Notes under the pieces: generated by a model
What the model saw: the letters and a program-made list of their open reading frames with translations, nothing else
Told to the model about the DNA's origin: nothing
The model's database searches: none
Shown: piece after piece, positions 56,120 through 64,000 of the stretch
How positions within the stretch are numbered: the first letter of the stretch is position 1
How the letters are laid out: each line of letters opens with the position of its first letter
Program-made: the position numbers and the translations under genes
DNA from: a bacterium
GTDB taxonomy: Bacteria; UBA10199; JACPAL01; GCA-016699445
Reading direction: 5' to 3'
DNA length: 64,000 bases
Assembly (NCBI GenBank): GCA_035454885.1
Contig: DATIGE010000004.1
Coordinates: forward strand, 67,096 to 131,095

Positions 56120-56900
56120 ACTCGTCGAGGCCCTGGGCCGCTTTTTCATCGTGTGGGTGCACGAGCTGGGTGAGTTCCTGCTCTTCGCGAGGTCGTTCTT
56201 CCGCTGGCTGTTCGCGCGCCCGTTCCGGAAGTCGGTCTTCTTCCGGCAGATGGAGTTCATCGGCGTCCGGTCCCTTCCCATCATCGCTTTGACGGGCACC
56301 TTTACCGGCATGGTCTTCGCCCTGCAGACGGGCTACGCCTTCCGTCAGTTCAACGCGCAGATCTTCGTCGGGTCGACGGTGGGGCTCGCGCTCACACGCG
56401 AGATCGCGCCGGTTTTTACCGCGCTCATGGTGGCCGCCCGCGCGGGATCGGCGATGGCGGCCGAGATCGGCACGATGAAGGTCACCGAGCAGGTCGACGC
56501 CCTCTCCGCGATGGCTGTGAATCCCATGCACTATCTTGTGGTCCCGCGCGTCGTCGCCTCGGTCCTGATGCTGCCGCTCCTCGCGGGGATCTTCAGCTAT
56601 ATCGGCATCGTCGGCGCCTACTTCGTGGCGGTGCACTTGCTCCACATCGAGCCCGTCGTTTTCACGCAGAAACTGATCTATTACGTGGACGTCGACGACG
56701 TGGTCGGAGGGCTGATCAAGGCGGCGTTCTTCGGCGCGATGCTGGGCCTGATCAGCTGCCAGCGCGGTTACCGGACTTACGGAGGCGCGGAGGGAGTCGG
56801 GCGCTCGACGACACAGGCGGTGGTGATCTCGTCGGTGGTCATTCTGGTGATGGATTATTTCCTGACGTCGTGGATCTTGGAAGTTTTTCCGGGGAACTGA
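56106..56900 (+). CDS. mlaE: Phospholipid ABC transporter permease MlaE
   Basis: The MlaE/Ttg2B permease family sequence is present (FRQMEFIGVRSLPII...). Confidence 0.8.
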   Translation: MFFVKLVEALGRFFIVWVHELGEFLLFARSFFRWLFARPFRKSVFFRQMEFIGVRSLPIIALTGTFTGMVFALQTGYAFRQFNAQIFVGSTVGLALTREIAPVFTALMVAARAGSAMAAEIGTMKVTEQVDALSAMAVNPMHYLVVPRVVASVLMLPLLAGIFSYIGIVGAYFVAVHLLHIEPVVFTQKLIYYVDVDDVVGGLIKAAFFGAMLGLISCQRGYRTYGGAEGVGRSTTQAVVISSVVILVMDYFLTSWILEVFPGN

Positions 56901-57628
56901 TGATACGCTTCGAGGAAGTCTGGAAATCGTTCAACGGCAACGCCGTCCTCAAGGGACTGAACCTTCATCTGCCCAAGGGCAGGATCTCGGTCATCCTGGG
57001 GCCCAGCGGCGAGGGAAAATCGGTTCTTCTCAAGCACATGATCGGCCTCATCCGGCCGGACCGCGGACGGGTCGTGGTGGACGGCACGGACCTGGCGACC
57101 TTGGGCGACCGGGAGATCAACGAGTTCCGGAAAAAATTCGGCATGCTTTTCCAAAACGCGGCCCTTTTCGATTCGTTCGACGTCGAGGACAACGTGGCCT
57201 TTCCCCTCCGGGAGCACACGGACCTTTCGGACGAGGAAATCGCCCGGCGGGTGAAGGAAAAACTGACGCTGGTGGGGCTGGAGGCCGCGCTGGACAAAAT
57301 GCCTTCGGAATTGTCGGGTGGAATGAGAAAAAGGGTTGGACTCGCTCGGGCGATTGCCCTAGAACCGAGCATCATTCTCTACGACGAACCGACGACCGGA
57401 CTCGACCCGCTCATGACGGACACCATCAATCGCCTCATCGTCGATACCCACAACAAGACGGGGGTGACGTCGGTCATCATCAGCCACGACATCGAGGCCA
57501 CGTTCCAGGTCGCCGACCATGTGGCCATGCTGCACGAAGGCGTGATCATCGAGAACGGCGCTCCGGAGGCCTTCCGGAAGAGCCGCCATCCGTTTGTCCG
57601 CCGCTTCCTGGAGCGCCAAGGTGATTAA
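56900..57628 (+). CDS. mlaF: Phospholipid ABC transporter ATP-binding protein MlaF
   Basis: It has Walker A GPSGEGKS, the signature LSGGMRKRV and Walker B ILYDEP. Confidence 0.85.
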   Translation: MIRFEEVWKSFNGNAVLKGLNLHLPKGRISVILGPSGEGKSVLLKHMIGLIRPDRGRVVVDGTDLATLGDREINEFRKKFGMLFQNAALFDSFDVEDNVAFPLREHTDLSDEEIARRVKEKLTLVGLEAALDKMPSELSGGMRKRVGLARAIALEPSIILYDEPTTGLDPLMTDTINRLIVDTHNKTGVTSVIISHDIEATFQVADHVAMLHEGVIIENGAPEAFRKSRHPFVRRFLERQGD

Positions 57629-58958
57629 GAAATCGTCGGCCGAGCTCAAGGTGGGGATATTTGCCGCCGCGGCCTTGCTCATCATCGCGTGGGCGACGGT
57701 CCGCGTGAGCGACAAGGGACTGTTCGGAGGCGGTGCCTACCAGGTGACCGTCGTTCTCGACTCGGCGGAGGGGCTGACCCTGAAGACCCCGGTGGAGGTC
57801 GCCGGCATTCAGGTCGGTCACGTCGAAAGGCTGGACCTCCAGGACGGGAGGCGGGCCAAGGCGGACCTGCAAATCGACAAGAGGGTCGTGCTGGGCCAAG
57901 ACGCCGTGGCCCAGGTGCGCACGAAGGGGTTCTTGGGCGAGACCTACATCGAGCTGAAGCCGGGCGATCCCAGCACGGGCATTATCGAGGGCGGCGGGCG
58001 GATCTCGGCCACCAACCCTTACGTCGATTTGGGCCAGATTGCGTCCGACGTAAAGGAGATCACGGAGTCGCTCAAGAAAATGGTCGCGGACGAGTCGGGG
58101 CCCGTGAACCGCGTCCTCAAGAACATGGAGACGTTCACGAAGAAGCTCTCCGAGATCACCGTTCAAAACCAGGAGAGCGTCAACGCCATCATCGCCAATC
58201 TGAGGCATTTTTCGAGCGATATCGAAGAGGTCATGGCGGACCGCAAGGAGTCGCTCAAGGATACGATGGCGCGCCTCAACAACATCACGCGCAAGGTGGA
58301 CGAGGGGCGCGGTACGATCGGACGGCTGGTCAACGACGGCGAGCTCGCCGACAACTTGAACGAGGCGGCCCGCGGGGTCAGCGAGACGGTCGGCGGCATC
58401 AACCGGTTCCAGTTCGAGGTTGGCTACCACGTCGAGTACCTGGGGGAGACCAAGGATTTCAAAAACTACGTCGGCCTGGCCGTGAAACCCCGCCCGGACA
58501 AGTACTTCCTGCTCGAGTTCGTGGTCGACCCGAATCCGTCGCCGGTCACGAAGGTCACGACGACGGACGTCAGCGCCGGCGGTTCCACGACGACCGTCGT
58601 CACCGAAGAGAACGTTGTGGACAAGGACAAGTTCCTTGTTTCCGCCCAGCTCGCCAAGGAGTTCCACAATTTCACGCTCCGCGGGGGGTTGATCGAATCG
58701 CGCGGCGGTGTCGGCGTGGACTACCGGTACGGGCCGTTCGGCGTCCAATTTTCGGCCTTCGATTTCCGGACCGACAACGACCTGCGCCCGCACCTGAAGG
58801 TGCTGGGCAGCGTGAATGTGACGAAGAACATCTTCCTCGTTTCGGGCGTGGATGACTTCATTTCCAAGCAGCAGGATCCCGACTGGTTTCTCGGGGCGGG
58901 CCTCAAATTCGTCGACAACGACATCAAGAGCCTGCTAGGGGCCGCATCGCTCAGGTAA
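57621..58958 (+). CDS. mlaD: MCE-family periplasmic substrate-binding protein MlaD (long form)
   Basis: It has an N-terminal TM segment and an MCE domain (VVLDSAEGLTLKTPVEVAGIQVGHV). The GTG start overlaps the mlaF stop. Confidence 0.75.
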   Translation: MIKKSSAELKVGIFAAAALLIIAWATVRVSDKGLFGGGAYQVTVVLDSAEGLTLKTPVEVAGIQVGHVERLDLQDGRRAKADLQIDKRVVLGQDAVAQVRTKGFLGETYIELKPGDPSTGIIEGGGRISATNPYVDLGQIASDVKEITESLKKMVADESGPVNRVLKNMETFTKKLSEITVQNQESVNAIIANLRHFSSDIEEVMADRKESLKDTMARLNNITRKVDEGRGTIGRLVNDGELADNLNEAARGVSETVGGINRFQFEVGYHVEYLGETKDFKNYVGLAVKPRPDKYFLLEFVVDPNPSPVTKVTTTDVSAGGSTTTVVTEENVVDKDKFLVSAQLAKEFHNFTLRGGLIESRGGVGVDYRYGPFGVQFSAFDFRTDNDLRPHLKVLGSVNVTKNIFLVSGVDDFISKQQDPDWFLGAGLKFVDNDIKSLLGAASLR

Positions 58959-58962
58959 ATTC

Positions 58963-60528
58963 ATGAAAATCCAGCGAGCTCTCATCAGTCTTTCTGACAA
59001 AACGGGGATCGTCGAATTTGCCAGGGGATTGGCCGGCCTCAAGATCGAGATCCTCTCGACGGGAGGGACGGCCAAGCTCCTAAGGGACGCCGGGGTCGCC
59101 GTCGTGGAAGTGGGGGACTACACGGGCCAGCCGGAGATCCTCGACGGGCGCCTCAAGACGCTTCATCCCAAGATCCATGGTGGGATCCTGGCGATGCGCG
59201 ACAATCCGCGGCATCTCGAGGAATTGAAAACGTCCGGCATTGGACCGATCGACCTCTTGGCCGTCAACCTCTACCCGTTCGAGCAAACCATCGCCCAACC
59301 CGGCGTTTCGTTGGAACACGCGATCGAGAACATCGATATCGGCGGTCCCACGATGATCCGCGCCGCGGCCAAGAACTGGCGGGACGTGGCGGTGGTCACC
59401 GATCCCGCCGATTACCAGGCCGTCCTGGAGGAAATTCAACGGACCGGCGCGGTTTCAGGGGAAACGAAGTTCCGCCTCGCCCGAAAGGTCTTCATCCTCA
59501 CGGCGAGATACGACGGGGCCGTCGCGAATTACCTGACCGGGGGCCGGGAAGGGAAGTGGCCGGAAGCGTTCAACTATCAGGGCCGCAAAATCCAGGAATT
59601 ACGCTACGGGGAGAATCCGCATCAGAAGGCGGCTTTCTACCGCGAAGCGGCCCCCGTAGGGGGCGGGGACGAGCCATGCGTCGCCACCGCGCGCCAATTG
59701 CACGGCAAGGAGTTGTCCTACAACAACATCATGGATCTGGACGCCGCTTTGGAAGCGGCGAAGGAGTTCGAGGAAACGGCGGCCGTCATCGTCAAGCACG
59801 CCACGCCGTGCGGCGTGGCGAGGGGGACCGTCTTAAGAGATGTCTTTAAAAACGCCCGCGAGTGCGACCCGACCTCGGCCTTCGGCGGGATCATCGCGCT
59901 CAACGCCGTCGTCGACGCCGAAACCGCGAAGGAGATCGGAAAGGACTTCTACGAGTGCGTGATCGCGCACGGTTTTGAGAAGGAGGCCTTGGATGTCCTG
60001 GCGGCCAAAAAGAACATCCGCCTGATGGAATTGCCCGGCTGGAAGGGTTGGAGGCGGGAAAATCGCAACGCCTCACCTCACTTGAGAAAGGTGGTGGGAG
60101 GGTTGTTGGTTCAGGATAGGGATCTTGCGGGCGTCAACGTGAAAGAGGCGAAGGTCGTTACGAAACGGCGCCCGACGGAGGCGGAGTTCGAGGCCCTGTC
60201 CTTCGCATGGAAGGTCGTGAAACACGTCAAGTCGAACGCGATCGTCTATGCCGCTTCCGACCGGACCATCGGGATCGGCGGGGGACAGGTGAGCCGTGTG
60301 GACGCCACGAAGATAGGCGCTTCCAAGGCCCGGTCTCCGATGAAAGGCGCGGTGATGGCCTCGGACGCCTTCTTTCCGTTCCGGGACAGCATCGATGAGG
60401 CCGCTCAGGCCGGCATTACGGCCGTCGTCCAACCGGGCGGGTCGATCAAGGACGCCGAGGTCATCCAGGCGGCCGACGAGCGCGGGATCGCCATGGTCTT
60501 CACCGGCGTGCGGCATTTCCGACATTAG
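58963..60528 (+). CDS. purH: Bifunctional AICAR transformylase / IMP cyclohydrolase
   Basis: The N-terminus [19 protein letters not shown] and the overall sequence match full-length PurH. Confidence 0.9.
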   Translation: MKIQRALISLSDKTGIVEFARGLAGLKIEILSTGGTAKLLRDAGVAVVEVGDYTGQPEILDGRLKTLHPKIHGGILAMRDNPRHLEELKTSGIGPIDLLAVNLYPFEQTIAQPGVSLEHAIENIDIGGPTMIRAAAKNWRDVAVVTDPADYQAVLEEIQRTGAVSGETKFRLARKVFILTARYDGAVANYLTGGREGKWPEAFNYQGRKIQELRYGENPHQKAAFYREAAPVGGGDEPCVATARQLHGKELSYNNIMDLDAALEAAKEFEETAAVIVKHATPCGVARGTVLRDVFKNARECDPTSAFGGIIALNAVVDAETAKEIGKDFYECVIAHGFEKEALDVLAAKKNIRLMELPGWKGWRRENRNASPHLRKVVGGLLVQDRDLAGVNVKEAKVVTKRRPTEAEFEALSFAWKVVKHVKSNAIVYAASDRTIGIGGGQVSRVDATKIGASKARSPMKGAVMASDAFFPFRDSIDEAAQAGITAVVQPGGSIKDAEVIQAADERGIAMVFTGVRHFRH

Positions 60529-60549
60529 CCACCGAATTAATTCGGTGGC
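60528..60549. repeat. Palindrome GCCACCGAATTAATTCGGTGGC (third copy), between the convergent purH and ABC permease
   Basis: The 22-mer is identical to the one at 4369-4390. It probably acts as a bidirectional terminator hairpin. Confidence 0.75.
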
Positions 60550-60558
60550 TGAACGGGC

Positions 60559-61821
60559 CTATACATATCCCAACGCATGGACGATTTCGAGGTGGCTGGC
60601 CCGCCAGGCGGGCAGGATCGCGGCGAGCAGCGTTGAGGACAGGGCCAAGAGGAAAACCTTCAAGGCGATGAGCGGATTGACGAGGATGAGGGCCATGTAG
60701 CCGATCGTCGATCCGGGAAGCGGGGGCATCTCCACGCCGATGGAGGAGATGGCGTCGGCGACGGCGGTTCCCGCGCCGATACCCAGGAGGGCGCCGAGGA
60801 CGCCGATGATCGCCGCCTCGGTGAAAATAACAAAGAAGACGGAGCTCCGGCTATTGCCGATCGCCATCATCGTCCCGAACTCGCGCATGCGCTCGAAGAT
60901 GGCCATGTTGATCGTGTTGGCGATGCTGAAGACGAAGACGATGGCGATGATGAGCTGGACGGTCGCCTCGATCTTCTTGAACAAGGCGCTTCCGTGGCGG
61001 TACATGTGCCCTTGCTCGATCCAGGTCACGATCTCCGCGCCGAGTTTTTCCTCTTTGATCGTTTGGTTCAACTGGCCCAGGACCAGGCCGGTGTGGTCGG
61101 TCCTGTCGAGCATGACGAGCAGGCTGTGGATTTGGTCGTCGACGCCCAAGACCTTTTGGGCCGCTGCCAGGTTCATCTTCAGGCCCCTGTCGTCGAATTC
61201 CTTCAAGATCGTCTGAAAGACCCCGCGGACCTGAAATTCGGCTCCGTCGATGGCCCCCGCCTGACGGGTCGTGAGGAAATTGAACCGGTCGCCGACCTTG
61301 AGCCCGAGGGCCTGCATGAGGCCTTTTCCCAGGATGACTCCGTAAGGGTCGTTGGGGTCGAGCGGCCGGCCCTCCGCGATGTTCGTCGCCCCACCCTTGT
61401 GTTTCGAGTACTTGTGGACGGACATCTTCTGTTCATTGACGGCGTCCACCCCGATTGCCAGAACCGCCACGTTCGTCTTGTCCGTGGAGGCCATGCCGCC
61501 GAACTTGAGGACGGGTACGGTGTAGAGGACGTGCGGATTGGACTCGATCGCCTTTTGCACCTGGACCCGGTTTTTCATGAGGTAATCGAGCGGTGCCGAA
61601 ACGCCTTTGGCGTCATAACCCGCGACGTTGACCGTCAGGTGGCCCGTCTGGCTGTGGATGTACTGTTCGCGGAAGCTGTCGTGGATGCCCTCGAAGAACC
61701 CGCTCACGACCATGAGCCCGGTGCTGCCCAGGGCGAGGATCAGGAGGGTGAGGATCGTCCTTCGCTTATTTCGAAAGACGTTTTGGAACGAGATCCGTAA
61801 CAGTTGCCTGGAGATTGTCAT
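60559..61821 (-). CDS. ABC transporter permease, FtsX/MacB/LolE-type
   Basis: It has an N-terminal TM segment, a large periplasmic domain and three C-terminal TM segments (FtsX fold). Confidence 0.75.
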   Translation of the reverse strand: MTISRQLLRISFQNVFRNKRRTILTLLILALGSTGLMVVSGFFEGIHDSFREQYIHSQTGHLTVNVAGYDAKGVSAPLDYLMKNRVQVQKAIESNPHVLYTVPVLKFGGMASTDKTNVAVLAIGVDAVNEQKMSVHKYSKHKGGATNIAEGRPLDPNDPYGVILGKGLMQALGLKVGDRFNFLTTRQAGAIDGAEFQVRGVFQTILKEFDDRGLKMNLAAAQKVLGVDDQIHSLLVMLDRTDHTGLVLGQLNQTIKEEKLGAEIVTWIEQGHMYRHGSALFKKIEATVQLIIAIVFVFSIANTINMAIFERMREFGTMMAIGNSRSSVFFVIFTEAAIIGVLGALLGIGAGTAVADAISSIGVEMPPLPGSTIGYMALILVNPLIALKVFLLALSSTLLAAILPAWRASHLEIVHALGYV

Positions 61822-62494
61822 GTTGGATCACCCCATCGCTCAAGCGCACGATGCGCGTCGCGTGATGCATGACGCGCGGATCGTGGGTGGAAAAAACGAA
61901 CGTCGTATGGCGGGCCTTGTTCAGTCGGTGCATGGCGGCCATGACGGCCTCGGCCGATTCGGAGTCCAGGTTCGCCGTCGGTTCATCGGCCAGGATCAGC
62001 AAGGGATGCGTGGCCAAGGCCCGGGCGATGGCGACCCTCTGGCGCTGGCCCCCGGACAATTCGTCGGGGCGGTGCAGGGCGACTTCGCGCAACTGGACGT
62101 CGGAGAGGGCCTCCCAGACGCGGTCACGCCTTTCCTGCCTCGTAAAGGGCAGGAAGAGGAGCGGGTATTCGACGTTCTCGAAGGCGTTCAGCATCGGAAA
62201 AAGATTGAACGACTGGAAGATGAAGCCGAGGTACTGGCTCCGGAGCTTGGCCGCCTTGGCGTAGGAGAGGCGATGGGTTGGAATGCCGTGGAGGAGGACC
62301 TCGCCGGCCGTCGGAAAATCCAAGAGTCCCAGGAGGTTCAGAAGCGTCGACTTACCGCTCCCCGAGGGTCCCATGATGCAAAGCATTTCACTGGAGGCGA
62401 TGGCGATATTGAGCTTCTTCAAGGCCATCACCGTGATTTTTCCCATCTGATATTCTTTGACGACGTCGTTGGACTGGATGATCGTCTCGGGCAT
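61766..62494 (-). CDS. ABC transporter ATP-binding protein, MacB/LolD-type
   Basis: It has Walker A GPSGSGKST, the signature LSGGQRQRVAIARAL and Walker B LILADEPT. Confidence 0.85.
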   Translation of the reverse strand: MPETIIQSNDVVKEYQMGKITVMALKKLNIAIASSEMLCIMGPSGSGKSTLLNLLGLLDFPTAGEVLLHGIPTHRLSYAKAAKLRSQYLGFIFQSFNLFPMLNAFENVEYPLLFLPFTRQERRDRVWEALSDVQLREVALHRPDELSGGQRQRVAIARALATHPLLILADEPTANLDSESAEAVMAAMHRLNKARHTTFVFSTHDPRVMHHATRIVRLSDGVIQHDNLQATVTDLVPKRLSK

Positions 62495-62612
62495 TCCGGT
62501 AAATTACCACGCGAGGCAAAATGTGGCAAAAGATACTTTGAAAATAGACGTATTTTGATGACAAAATTAAAAACAAATCAGGAAATGTAATTTAATTCAG
62601 TGCCTTATAGAT

Positions 62613-64000
62613 CTAAAACCGCCATCGTGTGTTCATGAAGATGCGATCCTGGCCGTCGAACTGGCCATAGAGCTGGTTTCGCGGGCCGCTGAAGACGTCC
62701 GCGCCCCACGTGAGGTTGACGGAATCGGTCACATCGTAGGAGAGGCGGGGGCCGAAGTGCGTATCGCCGCCATCCAAGCCCACGATCGCGATGAGTTCGG
62801 GTCTCAGCTTGTCGTCCAAAAGGCGAGATGAAATCCGGAAAAACATCCAGGTGCGTAAGCGTTGGTCGGTGATGTTGCCCGCCGATCCCAAAATCGCCTC
62901 CTGCTGGAATTCGCTGTTCAAGAGCAGGTGTCCGCCGATGTCGTAGTCGAATCCAAGGACGTAGCGGAGCTGACCCTTGCCCTCAAGGCCGCGGTTCACC
63001 GCCGGAGTTCTCGTGTTGAAGAGTCGCCCGGCCGTGTAGACGAACTCGCCCCGTGCGATCACCGATTCTCCGATTCCCTTGCTGAAGGTTGCCGCCAGGT
63101 TGTGGACCCGCTCGTGGACGGGGTCGAGCAGGACAAGGGGCGATCCGGTCACGGTATCGAGCGTCAACGTCTTGGCCAGAGACGGCAAGTGATCGGGACT
63201 CGTGTAATAGAAGACCGCGAAGTCCCACCCCGAGACCAGCCAAGAGGTGCGCACTCCGGCGTTCCAGTGTTTGAAGTCCGTGTCCGGACGGTTGTCGGGC
63301 AACAGGACCTCCTCGATTCCGGCCTCCGATGGGACGCGAAAGGAGAAATCCGCGCCGGGAAGGGCGAGCTTGTCCACCGTCCGGTCCGGAGAAAGGACGA
63401 GCTCCAGATTGGCGTTCGGAGCGAAGCTGTACTGGACGTCGATCGCCCAGATGGGCAGGCGGATATCCTCGAAGCTGGGCAGGAAAAACTCGCGCAGGTC
63501 CTTGGGCGTCACGACGTCGCCGAAGAATTGCCCGAGGGCCTCGCCCCAGACGATCTGCTGATGGCCGACGCGGATGGTCACGTAGGGATAGGTGATGTCC
63601 AGATAGGCGTCGCGGATCAGGGCCTCGGCGCGCATGTTGGTCACGACGGGCTTGGGGTATTGGTCGGTCAGGTCGTAAACGGCATCCACCCAGCCTCGGC
63701 CCCCGATCCGAAGCTTGAAGTGATCGTTGAAGACGAACTTGAGGTCGATGCGGACCCACTCCTTGAGTTTACTGAAGTTTTTCGGGGAGGCGACGCGGAC
63801 GGCGGTCTCCTGGCGGACCTCGCCCGTGAGAATGAAGTTGTCGTCCCACCAGGACCGCTTGGAGGTTGCGGTCGGCGGAGTCGCCGCAGGGGGGGGCTCG
63901 GGTCTCGCTTCGTGACGAGCCTCGGGCTGTGTCTCCGCCGGCAAGGACTGCGGAGCCGTCTCTTGGGCCGAAAGGGGAGATAAGGTCAGGGCGAAGAACG
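62613..64000 (-). CDS. DUF1302-like outer-membrane protein, 5' end beyond window
   Basis: It ends in a C-terminal Phe (TRWRF) and has beta-rich content. The in-frame upstream sequence continues to the window edge with a signal-peptide-like ...FFALTLSPLSAQE, so the true start lies outside the window. Confidence 0.55.
   Translation of the reverse strand, partial: FFALTLSPLSAQETAPQSLPAETQPEARHEARPEPPPAATPPTATSKRSWWDDNFILTGEVRQETAVRVASPKNFSKLKEWVRIDLKFVFNDHFKLRIGGRGWVDAVYDLTDQYPKPVVTNMRAEALIRDAYLDITYPYVTIRVGHQQIVWGEALGQFFGDVVTPKDLREFFLPSFEDIRLPIWAIDVQYSFAPNANLELVLSPDRTVDKLALPGADFSFRVPSEAGIEEVLLPDNRPDTDFKHWNAGVRTSWLVSGWDFAVFYYTSPDHLPSLAKTLTLDTVTGSPLVLLDPVHERVHNLAATFSKGIGESVIARGEFVYTAGRLFNTRTPAVNRGLEGKGQLRYVLGFDYDIGGHLLLNSEFQQEAILGSAGNITDQRLRTWMFFRISSRLLDDKLRPELIAIVGLDGGDTHFGPRLSYDVTDSVNLTWGADVFSGPRNQLYGQFDGQDRIFMNTRWRF

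Overview
This is a high-GC (~62%) chromosomal window; a Myxococcus-type Cys-rich repeat and the gene layout suggest a delta-proteobacterium or Myxococcota. Most of it is densely packed housekeeping operons.

Core genes, in order along the window:
- ilvB (3' end), ilvH, psd, pssA, leuA, a small Zn-ribbon ORF, leuB and asd;
- truA;
- metK, ahcY and a single-domain response regulator;
- a complete rpoN/regulatory-PTS cluster: rpoN, hpf, ptsN, hprK, rapZ, EIIA-Man, ptsH, ptsI;
- pyrG;
- the purine genes purB, purS, purQ, purL and purF;
- pgi;
- thiS, thiG, thiH and thiC behind a textbook TPP riboswitch;
- alr, mlaE, mlaF, mlaD and purH;
- an FtsX-type ABC transporter with a DUF1302 outer-membrane protein.

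Accessory or unusual content:
1. Two tandem ~1,100-aa paralogous proteins with a complete calcineurin-like metallophosphoesterase signature and large uncharacterised N- and C-terminal domains (24826-31458).
2. A tightly coupled four-gene operon on the minus strand encoding an ECF sigma factor, a zinc-binding anti-sigma factor, a signal-peptide caspase (C14) protease and an HTTM (vitamin-K carboxylase-like) membrane protein (37408-41731). It is divergent from a secreted acidic Cys-rich protein.
3. Two distant secreted repeat proteins sharing a short C-terminal Gly-linker GGCSLI tail. One also carries Myxococcus-type Cys-rich repeats.
4. An RTX / TSP3-like calcium-binding protein with no adjacent type I secretion genes.
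5. A three-copy GC-stem palindromic element with a CCGAATTAATTCGG core.

No rRNA, tRNA, CRISPR or obvious mobile elements were found.
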